Part shown: positions 25,906 to 38,497 of the stretch, in pieces
How positions within the stretch are numbered: position 1 is the first letter of the stretch
Layout of the letters: each line of letters opens with the position of its first letter
NCBI GenBank assembly: GCA_040954595.2
Contig: CM082591.2
Span: 4,740,909 to 4,804,908, forward strand
DNA: 64,000 nucleotides
Direction of reading: 5' to 3'
Source of the DNA: Balanoglossus misakiensis
Lineage: Eukaryota; Animalia; Hemichordata
The notes under the pieces: generated by a model
The model's database searches: none
Seen by the model: only the letters and a program-made list of their open reading frames with translations
Told to the model about the DNA's origin: nothing
Position numbers and translations under genes: made by a program

Positions 25906-27805
25906 ACCAATACTCATTGTTTTAAAAAGAAAATCTCACTTCTCTGTAAGTGTACATGATACACGAAATGCTTTAAATGCAAAATGCTAAAAAATAACCT
26001 ACTATAATCCGGTTAAGGAACCTTTTTTGTTCATAGGACATACACAGGTTTAAGAAAGTTACACTTTGTAACTTGAAAAAAAACTTTTCTTGAAAGTAAA
26101 ATAGTTCATAATACTTTCAAACTGGTTATTTTGAAATTCCCTAAAACCACAGAAAAACCCACTGAAAACGTACCACCTAAAACGAAAGATCTATATTAAA
26201 AGCATAGTATACAATGACGCTTTGTTTTAAAAGCAAAACACTGGTTTATAAAAAATATTAAAATATGGCTGTCCAAGACATATTGTACTGCGTCTAAATG
26301 AACAGACATAAAAACGTTCATATTGCGTAAAAACCAGCCGAAATAGAAGGTTCAAGCAGTAACGATGCATTTGCCCGGCCCCACAAATTGTGCACGAGTT
26401 ACGTTTCTTTGAAAAATCAACTTAAAATTAGCATAATATAATCGTGCAGTAACATGCAGTGTAAGATCTTATTAACGTTTCTTGTAACGTTTAACATTAA
26501 AAATATTTACAAAAAAAAATCTTTTCTATACATTGCCTGCATTTGCTTATCTTTACAATGATAACATTTCAATAAAAATTGCCACTCATTTTGATTATCA
26601 GCGAGATTAAAGCATTGCCAACTTTTAAATTCGAATTGCTTATAAAGTGTTCGCAGAACACGTTTATATACAATTTATTTTAAGCCTTTTAAAATAAATT
26701 TAGCTAATAAATATAATTTTCACATGAGCACCTAATTTTAAAACATTTTTATGTCAACTGCTTTGTGCGAATATCCATGTACTTTTGGGGAGTTTAAAAG
26801 TTAAAATAAAACAAAAACAATCATGTAATTGTCCCATCGATTGTGCATGTAGAGCAATGTAAATCATCATGTTTGAGTTGTTCTGCATAATTATGGAAGT
26901 ATGATAAAATACTGACGGTATATCAGTATAAAATAGATTTCTTTCAGGTTCGGGACGAATTATTAATGTATTGTTTTTGTTTTCATTTTAACTTTCGCTC
27001 CGTAAATTTAAACTGAAATAGATCAGGTTTGAAATCAAAAAGAACAAAACTATCCAACATTTCCACGCCAAAAATCACCTGTCACGTACCGGCGACCGAA
27101 CAACATGTATATCCGCGCATTCGTGTCTATAATTCTCTCCCCAAAAAGATTATCACATATCATAAGAACAATATTTACATAAATTAGAACACATCGCAGC
27201 CAAAAAGTAGTTAATACAATTCATTTAAGGAAGCATAGGCAAGTATATTTTAAAGACATAAATAAGGGAAAAAATAAATAAACCTGTCTGTCTACATTGC
27301 ACTATTTCTAGTACTCGATTTCTTGTCAAAAATCATCCATTTGTCAAATTTATTTTATTGTGCGCAACCCGAGCAATTTTATTAAACGTTCACTCTCGGT
27401 TGACCGACAATGACTTGCTTGGCACAGCTAAAACGACGGCGCAATTTGTGTGCACCCGGGACAACTACGTCATCGATTTGTGTGCACTGATCTATGACAG
27501 AACAGCATATCGTAAAAATTCTCATCTGAAACAAAAAAAAGTCGTACCAGGCGTTTCACAGCTTTGTTGCTCGAAAGCGTACAAAACGTCCGCTGGTCAC
27601 GTGATTCGGCCGGGTCATCCCAAGCAGGATCACTGCACAAGAACTTCCACTTTCGATCACGTGACTGTTGCATTAGCCTCTGATTGGCTTGGAATGACAC
27701 GAGCACGGCAAGCAGATAGTTCCCTAGGTTGTTTAAGTGCACTTGGGTGTGTCAAGTTCGACGCCTATCGACGTCACAGTACACATTTCTCCGTTGTTGT
27801 GAAAC

Positions 27806-30800
27806 TTACGGGTTGACGAACTGGTACACAAGTCTCTGTGATTTTTCCGTCTTCTTCATGATGCCCTTTTTGTAGTACTGCCTGATGGAACGACTGAGTT
27901 TGTCGTAGTTCATGTTGGGTCTGTTCTTCCTCAGGCCCCAGAGTCTAGCCACCTCCACGGAGTCCTCGATTCGGAAGATACCTGGTGAAATACCAAAACG
28001 GAGGTGATCAGTCCATTGCCTTATCAAAGCATTGGTGAAATGGCAATCATAAAGTCTTTTACTCTGTTACCCTTTTGGGCCACCGTACTTTGTCTTTTAA
28101 GCCACCGTACTTTCTCTCCAACGCTATTAAATCATCCTTTATGAGGATGTGGATTTAACTTAGTGGAATGTTTTCCCCTCTGCACCATCTGCCAACACCC
28201 CTAAACAAAAAAACAAATCCTCCACCCCCCCCCTCCCCCGCCAGAAATCATTTGATTCTCCTCCCCTTAGTCTTTCCTCTTGTCTTTTAAGCCACCGTAC
28301 TTTCTCTCCAACGCTATTAAATCATCCTTTATGAGGATGTGGATTTAACTTAGTGGAATGTTTTCATCTCTGCACCATCTGCCAACACCCCCAAACAAAA
28401 AACAAATCCTCCACCCCCCCCCCCGCCAGAAATCATTTGAATCTCCTCCCCTTAGTCATTCACAAGTGACTGCAGCTGGTCGAAATGCCCATAGACGCCG
28501 CGGGTCTTACCTTGCTTTCTGTCTGTGTAGCGAATGCAGTGGCCGAATCGCTCCGGTTGCAAGAGGAGCTCTTTCAGGAACTGCCAGAGATGGATGCTGG
28601 CCGTGTGATTCGGGGTCATCGACGTGTCGAAACCGCTCGGGGACAAGGGTGATTCGTCTGAAATAAAAAAGAACAGTTGGTGTATAGATTAGTGCACAGT
28701 CCATCTATTTCAGTCAGTGGTTAGTGTGGTGATAGATGCTTTTACCTGACCTGAAGCACAGGACGGTTTGCATAAGCTGGTACTTGCCGCCCACTCGCTC
28801 GCTGCTGGCAAGTCGAGAAACTCGCGCGGCCATAAGGGAGATTTTGTTCTCTTGCGAATGTTGTGCGTAAACCAATCTGATTAAAATCAGATATAGGGAA
28901 CGGCGACGTGGTAAAAAACCACGTCGCCGTTCCTTACATCTGATTTTAATCAGATTGTGCGTAAACCACCTCTCGACCGATTTTCATACCTGAGGCATCA
29001 GGTAATTTTGTGTTGACTGGTCTCGCCATGGCGACCAACAACAAACAAACTCCAGGTGTTCTATAAGTGGGTAATTTATGAGAATACCTAAAGCCTCTGG
29101 ATTTTTTTTCACATAAAATTGTTTCGCCTGAAATGTTCACATGACGAAGACGGCTAAATCGCGTGATCTGGTGACGTCATCGAATTGGTCATACTTGCGA
29201 ATTTAGAAACCAAGTGTCTTGAGTCACGTGTTCACCAGTTGCCGGGTGACAAGTTCACAAACAATAAACAGCCTATATTTCCTTTGTTTATATTTATAGA
29301 AATGCCCACGTAAAAAATATGGGCCTTTAAGGGAACTCACCATCACTCCCGGAATCAATGCCTGACGTACATAGACTTCCAACGCTTGGCACTCTCTCCA
29401 TACTCTGTGGTCGCCCTGAAAAATGTAATGTGGAAGAGTGGATTAATGTTTTGTTGAGGTTCATAGCGGTTACTGCGATCGCGGATAAATTGAACAGTAT
29501 ATGTTTGTGTTGTGTTATCTTGTTTTTGTTTGAAATTTTAGACATCAACCAGCCTCAGTACACCCCGCACCCAAGCACTTGTAGGGCTATGTAGGCAAAC
29601 ATGCCCGCATGCTCTGTTGCGCAAATACGCGCCCGCATGCTTTTTTGACATCCCCTTTTTAGCTTCGGGCTACCACGGTCCCAATTCTTCAAAGTGACCG
29701 GAATATTAGGACAAGGCGTCGCTTGGTACTGGGTACTGTGGGAATCTTAATGTGTGCGACACAAGCGATCCTGCAAAGCTCCGAAGAATGGAATGCAAAC
29801 TGATATTAATTCTTACCTCCACTGTGACACATCGATGCTTGGTCTTGGATGGCTTGCATCTTCGCAGCTAAGAAAAATTTAAAAAAATCTTCGGTTAGAT
29901 TTTCCCGCCTCAAAACGGCAGGGCACATTTTATTAAAATGTCTCAATTTACCCGTTGAAACTATTTGACGAGTGGCAGATGCGGCCAAATACAACTTTAT
30001 TCGATTTCGGTGGAGATGGACGAGGGATGCTATATTTAGAAGCGATAAAACTTAGGTGTAGCGTGCAACGTTTTTATCATTATGTTGTACTTTTGAGACG
30101 ATGGGTCAACTGTTCTATTTTTAGTAACGCATTGCGTGATGTCCCTTCAGAGAGACTGACTATATCAAAGCACTTTTGACGTCAAAGAAGTTGATTGTAT
30201 TGGCACGACTTTGTGCTTTGCAAAACGATCTTCGAATGGCTTTTACACCCACGCGTCGGCCTTGCCCCTCAACTCCGTCAAGTGGCAGTCTAAATTTTGT
30301 GCAGAAGGCCATTGTTACTACTACAATGTACAACCTTTAGGTCACGTCGCCTCTTGTAATGGCGTTAATTAGTATGTTTACGTAAGAAGCCCTGACCGCT
30401 CTCGCCGTCCACCTGCGCATTATAATTTATGCAAGCTGCAGTCTGAATTGCTCTGGTAGGGACAGTGTTGACACGGTGGTCCCCTAGTACATATGCTCTA
30501 TAGAGACTGTTTCTATAGAAAAACTCGTAGAGGTGGAGTCGCGCACAGTTCCATTTCTAAACCACTATACTACAGGGTTGGCGATCTTGACTCGCCCCCA
30601 AAGTTGCTACCTTCTTCCAGAATAAGTTTGGGACCCATTTCAGCGGCAAATACCCGTATACTTATTTTATGGCGATTGATTTCCAGCTTGACAATGACGA
30701 CTATCCTATATAGTAAGCACTTCAAGATTGTGAAGTATGCGAAACCCACATCTGCTTACCTGTCGCCCATATATCCCGTTGCGCGTGCAGGATATCGCCG

Positions 30801-33800
30801 CAGTGTGGCGCCCTGTTGCGGAAGTCGTCCGCGGACATCATGCAAAGATTCAGCCCGTTCATTCGGAAGTAATCCATGTTTAAGTTGGCGTGGTTCAGTT
30901 TATATTCGTGGAGGGTCCACAGAAGCCATTTCTCCACGTTGTCTATCGACCAATGCATTGGGTCTGAAAAACGAAAGAATAAATCCAAAATAATTAATTA
31001 ATTAATTAATTAATTCAATTAATCAACCAGTCACGCAAATGTGTCGTTTATTTGGGATATATTGAAGGTGGCTTTGTCTGGTAGCCCCTGGCCTGCACTG
31101 GTTCCCGACAAGTCTTGCGTTTAGTTTTAAAGGTGAACTACGATGCATTACTCGCGTTTTTGAAACGCATCTTCGCTTTGCAGGGACTTTTGTGTCCTGG
31201 CAGCCTCATCATATATGGGAGAGACTGCAGTCGAGCCAACGACCCGTTCGAGCGGACGGTGTTCGAAACACCAACCACGATACATGTCGTACGCGACGTC
31301 AGTCTGGTCGGCCATTAACGCGCACGCGTCATAGGTCACGTCACTGATGATGTCCAGACTGCTGTCACGTGACCTATGGTTTGAGTCGGATCCAGACTCG
31401 TGTCGCACAAACCAGGCAACGATCACGATAGTCAACAGAGCCAAGGAATTTTACCAATAATTCGTACTAGCATGCTTTTATCACTGTGGTTACACGTTAT
31501 CAGGATGCTGACCTGTTTTGGACTGACGCAAATGGGAGTTCTGGGAAATTACGTCATCGCAATATGACTTTACGAGAAAAACATGTTTTCTGTGTTTGAG
31601 GAGTCACTGTTTTTCTCAACTTTGTTCACATTGAAAACAAAGCCTACGTCAAAACCATTGGTCTACAACAATCATCCAATCAATTAATCAATCAGTCAGT
31701 CAATCAGTCAGTCAGTCAATCAATCAAAAAACAAACAAACTAACCTGGTGTAATGTTCAGTAATCTGCATGCTAGTGTGATGTCTTTCATGACCTCATGC
31801 AGGACCAACGAGCGAACTTTTTCTACTTCGTCGTCGTCTATCGTGCCCAGCTCGCAGTAGTCCATCTGCTCGTCCATGATTGGCTCCGGCGGCATGACGT
31901 CATCGTCGAGCACTGGCGTGTAGCCGGGCGTGGTCTGGTCCTGGGGATAGTGCCCCGCCAGTATCGCTTCGAGCTCCGGCAAAGGGTCGTCGTATCTGTC
32001 GACGTCGTTCAAAACCTTTGGAGTCTGGTGACAAAAGAAGAAAATATAAAAGTTAATAAAATGACTAATCTGGCTAAATTTGATCAAATTACATTCGCAT
32101 TATTCCAGTTTTCATTTTCTGCGAACAAAATTTATTGCCATCGTTTTTGTTTATGCATTGTGCCGCGTCTTCTCCAGTAGCCGAGCTTAATGTAGCCACT
32201 ATGTTTGTACAGACGACACGGTTATCTTTGTCCATCACGGATAGCACCGCGCACGTTGAGTTCCAGCATAGCCTGCCTCAAGGCAAGCCCACTGCGCAGG
32301 CGTCGGCGTCCCGGTGCCAGCGCGATGATGTCACATAACCTTGGGAACGCTGAGGGATTTCCCCGTTCTCAGCACCGGAGAGCTGTTTACAGCGCGGTTC
32401 CCAGAAACCAGGATATTCAATGCCAGCCCTGTCTCGTCAGATGCCAACTCTGTTAATACATTTACAGTTGCAGATGCATGGCGCTCGCCTAGTACATTTA
32501 CTACAAACCTCCGCAACTGACTCGAACGAACCAGTAATTTGAGGAAAAAATGATGGCCGGCGCCGAGCTTATTTTGATCAGTCGTAATATTTGATGGAAA
32601 TATGCTCATAAAAATGGACGCACGCTTGTAATGCATCGAACTTTGGCCGTGCGCCAAACTCTCGGCCTTGTAAGCCTGAAATTCTGTTTCATCACATGCT
32701 CGGATGACCCAACGTGAATGTATTGATAATGATAATATTACGAAAGGGGATTTGCAGATCAGTCTGCGGTTACGCCAGGGACAGGCCCGTCGCTTTCCCT
32801 TTTCACCCTACAAACAATTAACTACGTGACTTTGTAATTATATATTCATAAAGTGACCAGATTGTCCCTTAGGTGAACTGTTGCTTTATTTTTACCGTTG
32901 CCGCGGGTTTGTTTTTGTAGAGCACAAGGGAACAATACTAGTAGTAGACTGAATGAGAAACAGGTTTCTGGGCGTGTGCTTTCGTTTTCTGACACATTGC
33001 GGAAGTTGTCAGCCGTGATTGTTAAAATAACACCTTTCCCCGGCTAGGCTTGTTTAACGCAAGTGGATTAACTCTGTAAATATTTCAATGGAAAAAAACA
33101 AAGAACTTTCAACACGAACAAGAAGTAGTATGGAAACCAACTTCGCGTCTTTGCACCAACAAGTGGTCTGCGACAGAAGACCTTGGCTCTGTTTGGACAC
33201 TGTCATGATTTACCGCTCGACATGTTTTCCTTTCGTAGCGAAAACACCTTATCGATCATACAGGTTCATACATATCTCGTTAAATATTAACTTGTGTTGA
33301 TGCAATCGGCCAGGGTGGACAAAAACATAACTTTCTTGTTATGTTATTCAAGGATTTCGCGTGCATGGATACGAAGTTATGCGTGTGCACATGGGAAATT
33401 TAATAACAATTCGTATCACGCGCATATGATGTGAACGCGCCCGTACCTGCCTGGTCGATATTATCCCACGGTGCACGCGCGCTAGAAAACACGGTACGGA
33501 CTGTATACGTACTATATTGTGTGAGATTGTAGACGGAAGCCTCATTCATACAAGCAACAATACGTAGGGTAGGGCCGTCGTTGCCTTTTGCAGCTGATCT
33601 AAACAATAATCGCCGGCCACACACATAGAAATACCGACTTCGCAATACAAAATATCTATTCTCTAAAGGTATGTACTGAAATCGTGATAACACACGCAAA
33701 TTTCGTCGTTGGATCAGTCTAACACTATCTCTCCGTTCTCGTAACAGCTTCGCGTAGCCCAGCCCTGCGTACAGGTCTCTGTGTGTTCCCGGCCTCCACC

Positions 33801-34559
33801 GTCACACAGACCTGTGCACAGGGCTACACCACGTCGCTCGACCACGCGTCACCCCCGCGCACTCTCGCTCTCCATCATGCGAAATCACCTTTATTGTTGA
33901 ACTGCGCATGAACTGCAGGTAAACCGGCGGTCAAACAGGTCCATTCAACTCCCCACGAGGAGTTATAATAAACAACACACGGATGTTAGTTCTTGACCGA
34001 GCCTGACTCCTGTTGTTATTTGTGATTTTATTGGCAGTCAGCCACGGTCCATACCAAGGAAATGCTTTTTCTGTGCACCCATTGGTCAGAACCGATGTTG
34101 TTTTGATGAGAAATCTTCAATGCGCGTTTTTGTTTCGAAGTCCCGGAATTTGGCCGTCCGCGTCCTCAGAATCGCTGAGACGCATACAATATCAGGATGG
34201 TCAGCGTAGATTGTATATATGCATACCAGCAATGCGCATTGTTATTGGTCACTATTGAATTTAAGTCCGGACTTAAATCGTAAGAATCCGCTTTACACAG
34301 ATGCTGCAGTGGTGCAGCCGATACTCTGCCAATGTGAATTTCAGGGAACAGCAGGCTGTGAAATTTCACAATTTTCAGCAAATTTTCAGTTTCGTGTATC
34401 AATTTAAGTACACTTGTCTACTAGTATTTCCTATATAGAATTTTAAAGTGTCTTCTTGACAATCACTATAGGGTCTATGCAATCACTCAGTGTGCTGGAA
34501 ATGTATAAGGAGAAAAATGATAAGTTACTTACCGCGTCCATCATGACTGTGTATGCCAT
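27806..34559 (-). CDS. SPDEF: SAM pointed domain-containing ETS transcription factor (SPDEF/PDEF), 319 aa
   Basis: Minus-strand exons 34559-34533 (MAYTVMMDA), 32024-31745, 30963-30760, 29867-29817, 29415-29341, 28657-28511, 27981-27806 (TAA) total 960 nt, in phase and GT-AG. PNT: [20 protein letters not shown]...VEKWLLWT...GDILHA. ETS: [12 protein letters not shown]...[44 protein letters not shown]...SQRLVYQF, a PDEF-subfamily signature. The first coding exon is less certain. Confidence 0.93.
28091..28456. repeat. Two-copy tandem duplication, 190-bp period, in the last SPDEF intron
   Basis: TGTCTTTTAAGCCACCGTACTTTCTCTCC...CCTCCCCTTAGTC starts at both 28091 and 28281 and the copies are nearly identical. 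Confidence 0.92.
28873..28957. mobile_element. 85-bp fold-back element with 9-bp target site duplication in an SPDEF intron
   Basis: CAATCTGATTAAAATCAGAT...GGAACGGCGACGTGGT-AAAAA-ACCACGTCGCCGTTCC...ATCTGATTTTAATCAGATTG, flanked by TGCGTAAAC at 28864-28872 and 28958-28966. Confidence 0.8.
31677..31726. repeat. (AATC/AGTC)n microsatellite
   Basis: Directly visible next to an SPDEF splice donor. Confidence 0.8.
33760..33826. mobile_element. Short hairpin/MITE-like element
   Basis: Imperfect inverted repeat AGCCCTGCGTACAGGTC..TGTGTG / CACACAGACCTGTGCACAGGGCT; no TSD seen. Confidence 0.45.
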
Positions 34560-34863
34560 CTGTGCTCAAAAGATGTTGTAAATCTTGAGATTCGCTTGAA
34601 AGTATTAGTTTGTAGAAACTGAAAAAGAAAGATAAAAATATTATAAGTTTTGTTAATTTGTGCGGCAAAGTTGACTTTTTGTCGGCCAGCCCTGGTATGA
34701 ATAGGTCCATCACGTATACAGTTAAGTGTATAATCCCCTTATCGGATAGTTCAAACAGGCGAAGTGTGATACAGCTACGATCATGGACGTAATGCTACGA
34801 TGTACAGAAAAAAATAAAAAAATAAAAAAATGGTATTTTTTACAAAGCACATGATAGACTTAC

Positions 34864-35260
34864 AGGCGTAGAATATTATATGCAGTGGCTGAAGTGAGAT
34901 TTTCAGTAGGAAGGTGTGTTCAGAAATGGTCGCCTATAACTCCTCGATCCGCTCATGCGTGCTTCGGACGACTCGGAGGTGTACGGCAATCGGTGGTTGG
35001 CTTGCGAGTGAGTGTGTACTACAGCCGTGGAATCTACTTAGCCCCCCTGACGTTTGACTGTTCGCGATACAAGTGATGCCAATATGAAAAGCGTGAGCCG
35101 TTTATCTGACAGCTGATTTACATAACAATTGGCACTTAAGCCAATCACAGGCGAGAGACTGTGCGTGACCTCCATCGGGGGCTTGCGGCGTTAGACCGTC
35201 AGTCTTGTGGTTACACTTTGTTGATAAGATATCGCCAAGATTTCTAGGAAATGAGACAGT
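34864..35260 (-). promoter_or_regulatory. Putative SPDEF non-coding exon 1 and proximal promoter
   Basis: Minus-strand donor GTAAGT at 34863-34858 and acceptor TTTTCAG at 34619 for the ATG exon. Upstream lie TGACGT (35048), CAGCTG (35110), CCAAT (35141) and GATAAG (35223). Confidence 0.45.
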
Positions 35261-36984
35261 CACAGCTTTTAAGACGTACAGCTATTTGCATATCCTTTCT
35301 TTGGCGAACTTAAAATAAACTTGGGCGATGATGTAAGCATGGAAGTACGATGAACTCCGCGACGCGTGGCCCATAGCTTCACATTTCCCGTGCCCGATAG
35401 ACGCGGCGCCGGAACGTTCTGACTTATTAAAACCAGAAACAAAAAACAGTAATTTTCTACGAAAAAAATGTTGGAGAGCGAAGTTGAGCATGAAAGACCT
35501 TCATTTGGTTTTATTCTACGGTCCTGCCGACGATATATTAGATCGCTGGTGAATATGGTGCCCCTCACTAACCGCGTCCAACTCACCCCCGCCTATCGCG
35601 CGTATCAAAAATGGTACAGCGCACGCTATTAAACTGTTTGTTGTGATGACGATATCTGTGAAGGGATTTCCCCTAAAGTGGTCCTAGCTGAGTGAATTGC
35701 TGGGTTGACTAAAAGTTCAGCAGCATATGCTGCCGAAAAGAAAATCCCATTTTCGCCGGAAATGAAATTGATGTTGATGTTATACGCAGAAATTCTGATC
35801 TGTCAGTGAGAACGTGCTTGCTCAAGTTTCACGGTCACTGCTCTAGTGCAACGACCGCTTACACTTCAAGTTGCCGGCCGGTACTCAGAGACTTCCAAAA
35901 CGTCAGGCGTCTGTTACCTTTACACTATTGTTGTAGTCGCAGTGCGACAACACTTGCAATCATATAAAATATAAGGTGCTTTTCCTGCCAAATTTCTACA
36001 ATCGCTCACCCTTATCAGATATCACACACCATCATATGAGTGTATGTATACTTAGGCCTATTCGGAAAGATTTTGTAAAGAAAATACCTCATATTATTAT
36101 TTTCTCTGTATGGGAAAACGTACGTCGTGAGATATTCGCAAATTTAGACACTTTTAATGACAGTTTCAATACCGGAAATTACGTCACCGTACGTCTGGCC
36201 AATAGGCATGGAATTAGTGGATCTCGTCTGTTCATTTCAGTCATGAGAACATTAAAAACTGTTTTCACATTGAAATGAACGAAATAATGTCAGAATATGA
36301 CGAATTTCGCTTTTCTGTCTTGTTTTTTTAAAAAGTGAACTGATACTGCTGTGTGAAGTCTACGGGATTGGGCAAAACAGTGTCAGTATTTCGAATCAGG
36401 TTGGCAGCCCGGTAGTGTAGTACAGTACCATGTTCCATCCGCGGAGCAACGGTGACCATGAGTTTCCCCGGGGCAAAACAACCTCCCCCTATTTACTTAC
36501 CGGGGCGGTTGGCGTTACTTGTCAGTTCTTGAGAATGGCGCAGATCAAATTTCAATGTTTCGCCGAAGTCTCACCCAAGGCCACGTTCGACAACCTGAAC
36601 TGAACTGTTAGTAGCTGTTGGTTTAGTAGAAACGGGCCACGATCGTGATGTAGCACGCTTCTCGGCGGAGTCTGCCCACTGCCCCCGAGCATTTCACAGG
36701 GTGACACACACGATTGAGACCATGTGCCCCTAAAACTGATTCAACCTTGAAATCGTACTATTGCACATTCGGAGTGGACTTAACCGAGGGCAAAATAATT
36801 ATCTAAGGTAGAATGTCGTTCAGTTGTCTAGTTTAACCCTATCTTCACCAGATAGTTTGTTCCAAATGCGTTAAAGTTTCCTATGTCAACGTTTCCTCTC
36901 TGTACATGTACATGGAAATGGCCGAGTTATTTACTCATATAGTTCTGACGTGTTTGAGTATTCTTAAAACATGTGGTGCACTCT

Positions 36985-37086
36985 TTTTTTCACGTGGCAA
37001 CCCACTGAAAATCTGTGATTTGGTATATTTCATCTTTCCATAGTGATTGTGTGACTAGATTGTCATAGGTGACTGTATACCTTTAA
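36985..37086. mobile_element. Right half of the TTAA-flanked MITE
   Basis: CCCACTGAAAATCTG...CATAGGTGACTGTATACCTTTAA is shared with 25760-25856. Confidence 0.65.
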
Positions 37087-38332
37087 TGAAACCCAAAGGG
37101 CAAAAACGCGCGTACGTGATGAGCGTGATTGCGGGATTATCTGTTTTGATAATTAGTGACTAGAGTTTGTCTGATCTAGACACAAGTAGGCCTACTGGTA
37201 TAGTTTATTACCTCTAGAAAAATAGGTTACTCTGCTGGTAAGGACAGCCGTTGTGAGTTTTCAGAAACGCCAAGTCTGATTTTGAGAGCTGAGAGCTATA
37301 CGACTCACGCAGTCTGATATGGATAGACACGCACACCCATTTTAAACGAAAAATAACAATATAGACAGTTAGCGCATTTCAATTTTGCAAGAAATATAGA
37401 CAGTGGGATCTCTGACATTAAACGGAGTCCATGCATGGTTACTGACGGCCATGCACCCATAGCCATTTCCAGTGTGCGCCCAGCGCTGTATTCTCTAAGT
37501 GCAGACGACATCTTCATATTCGCTGTCAAACTATTGCGAATTTCACAAACAAGCAAGTATAGGCACACAAACGGCCAAAATATCTGAGTCGCGAGATAAC
37601 GTGCAGTGTCTTCTTCTGAATCATGTCAACTTGAAGTTTTAACACTAGGTTGACTGGTTAATAATTGAACCTCGTCTCCTTCTTGGCTTTGATTTCGACA
37701 TCGTCGTTTGAATCGGGGTGACGCAACCCTGTGAAGACCTCGCCCCTCCCATAAGTTATATAAATACGGGAGATAGCAGACTTGGTTTAATTTATGCAAC
37801 TGTGGACATTTGATTGAATATACGTAGCCGTGATACCATTAATTAGATCCAGTGCTCATTTTCTCCGTGTGATAAACGTTGTCGAAGGCACGTCCGATCG
37901 GTTTCAAAGTCGACCGCACTGGTCGAGTTGTTTAAAATCGCGTTGTAATTGGTAAGCGCGCAGCGTATGTTTTTACAGCGTTAGTCAGTTTTTATTCTTA
38001 GTCATATTTTTCCCGAATTCGCTTCAAGTCTCATCTAGTGCATACATATAGTCGTGTCATCACCTTTCAAGTTAAGATTACGTTAACATTTGGTTTTGTT
38101 AGCCATTGCAAGCGAATGGCAAAGAACGAAGTCGAAGAACCCCCGAGGAAAGCAGAAAAAAACTGTGACGCCCAGTGTTGCAATACCTTGTTTGGTAACG
38201 GCCACGTCATGATCATAAACCCTTTTCAGCGCCATAGCCAACTTGTCGTCATTTTTCACAAAATATATCTTTCCACATTTTTTCTAACATTTTATTAACG
38301 AACTGCAGACAATGAAATGTTATGCCCTCTTG

Positions 38333-38497
38333 ATCAAACCTGTGTTAGTGGCCACCTCTATATAGTGGTAACTTCTCTATAGTGGCCTCTGTGTTACAGA
38401 CCCTGCGCAGTTTACATGTGCATTAACTGACCTGTCTATAAAGACCACCTGTCTATACAGGATAGTTTAGGAAAGTCGCTTGACTGGCCACTATAGA
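38333..38497. mobile_element. Degenerate MITE-like remnant
   Basis: TCAAACCTGTG.TAGTGGCCACCTCTAT sub-repeats, with the inverted TGGCCACTATAGA at the right end. Confidence 0.4.

Noticed and set aside
31148-31444. 98-aa minus-strand ORF inside an SPDEF intron
   Set aside because: It has no recognisable domain, exons 31745>30963 join cleanly in the conserved ITP/DP junction, and it borders a TTAAAGG transposon-like end.
30493-32180. Plus-strand ORFs 30493-30993 and 31797-32180
   Set aside because: They are antisense shadows of SPDEF exons.
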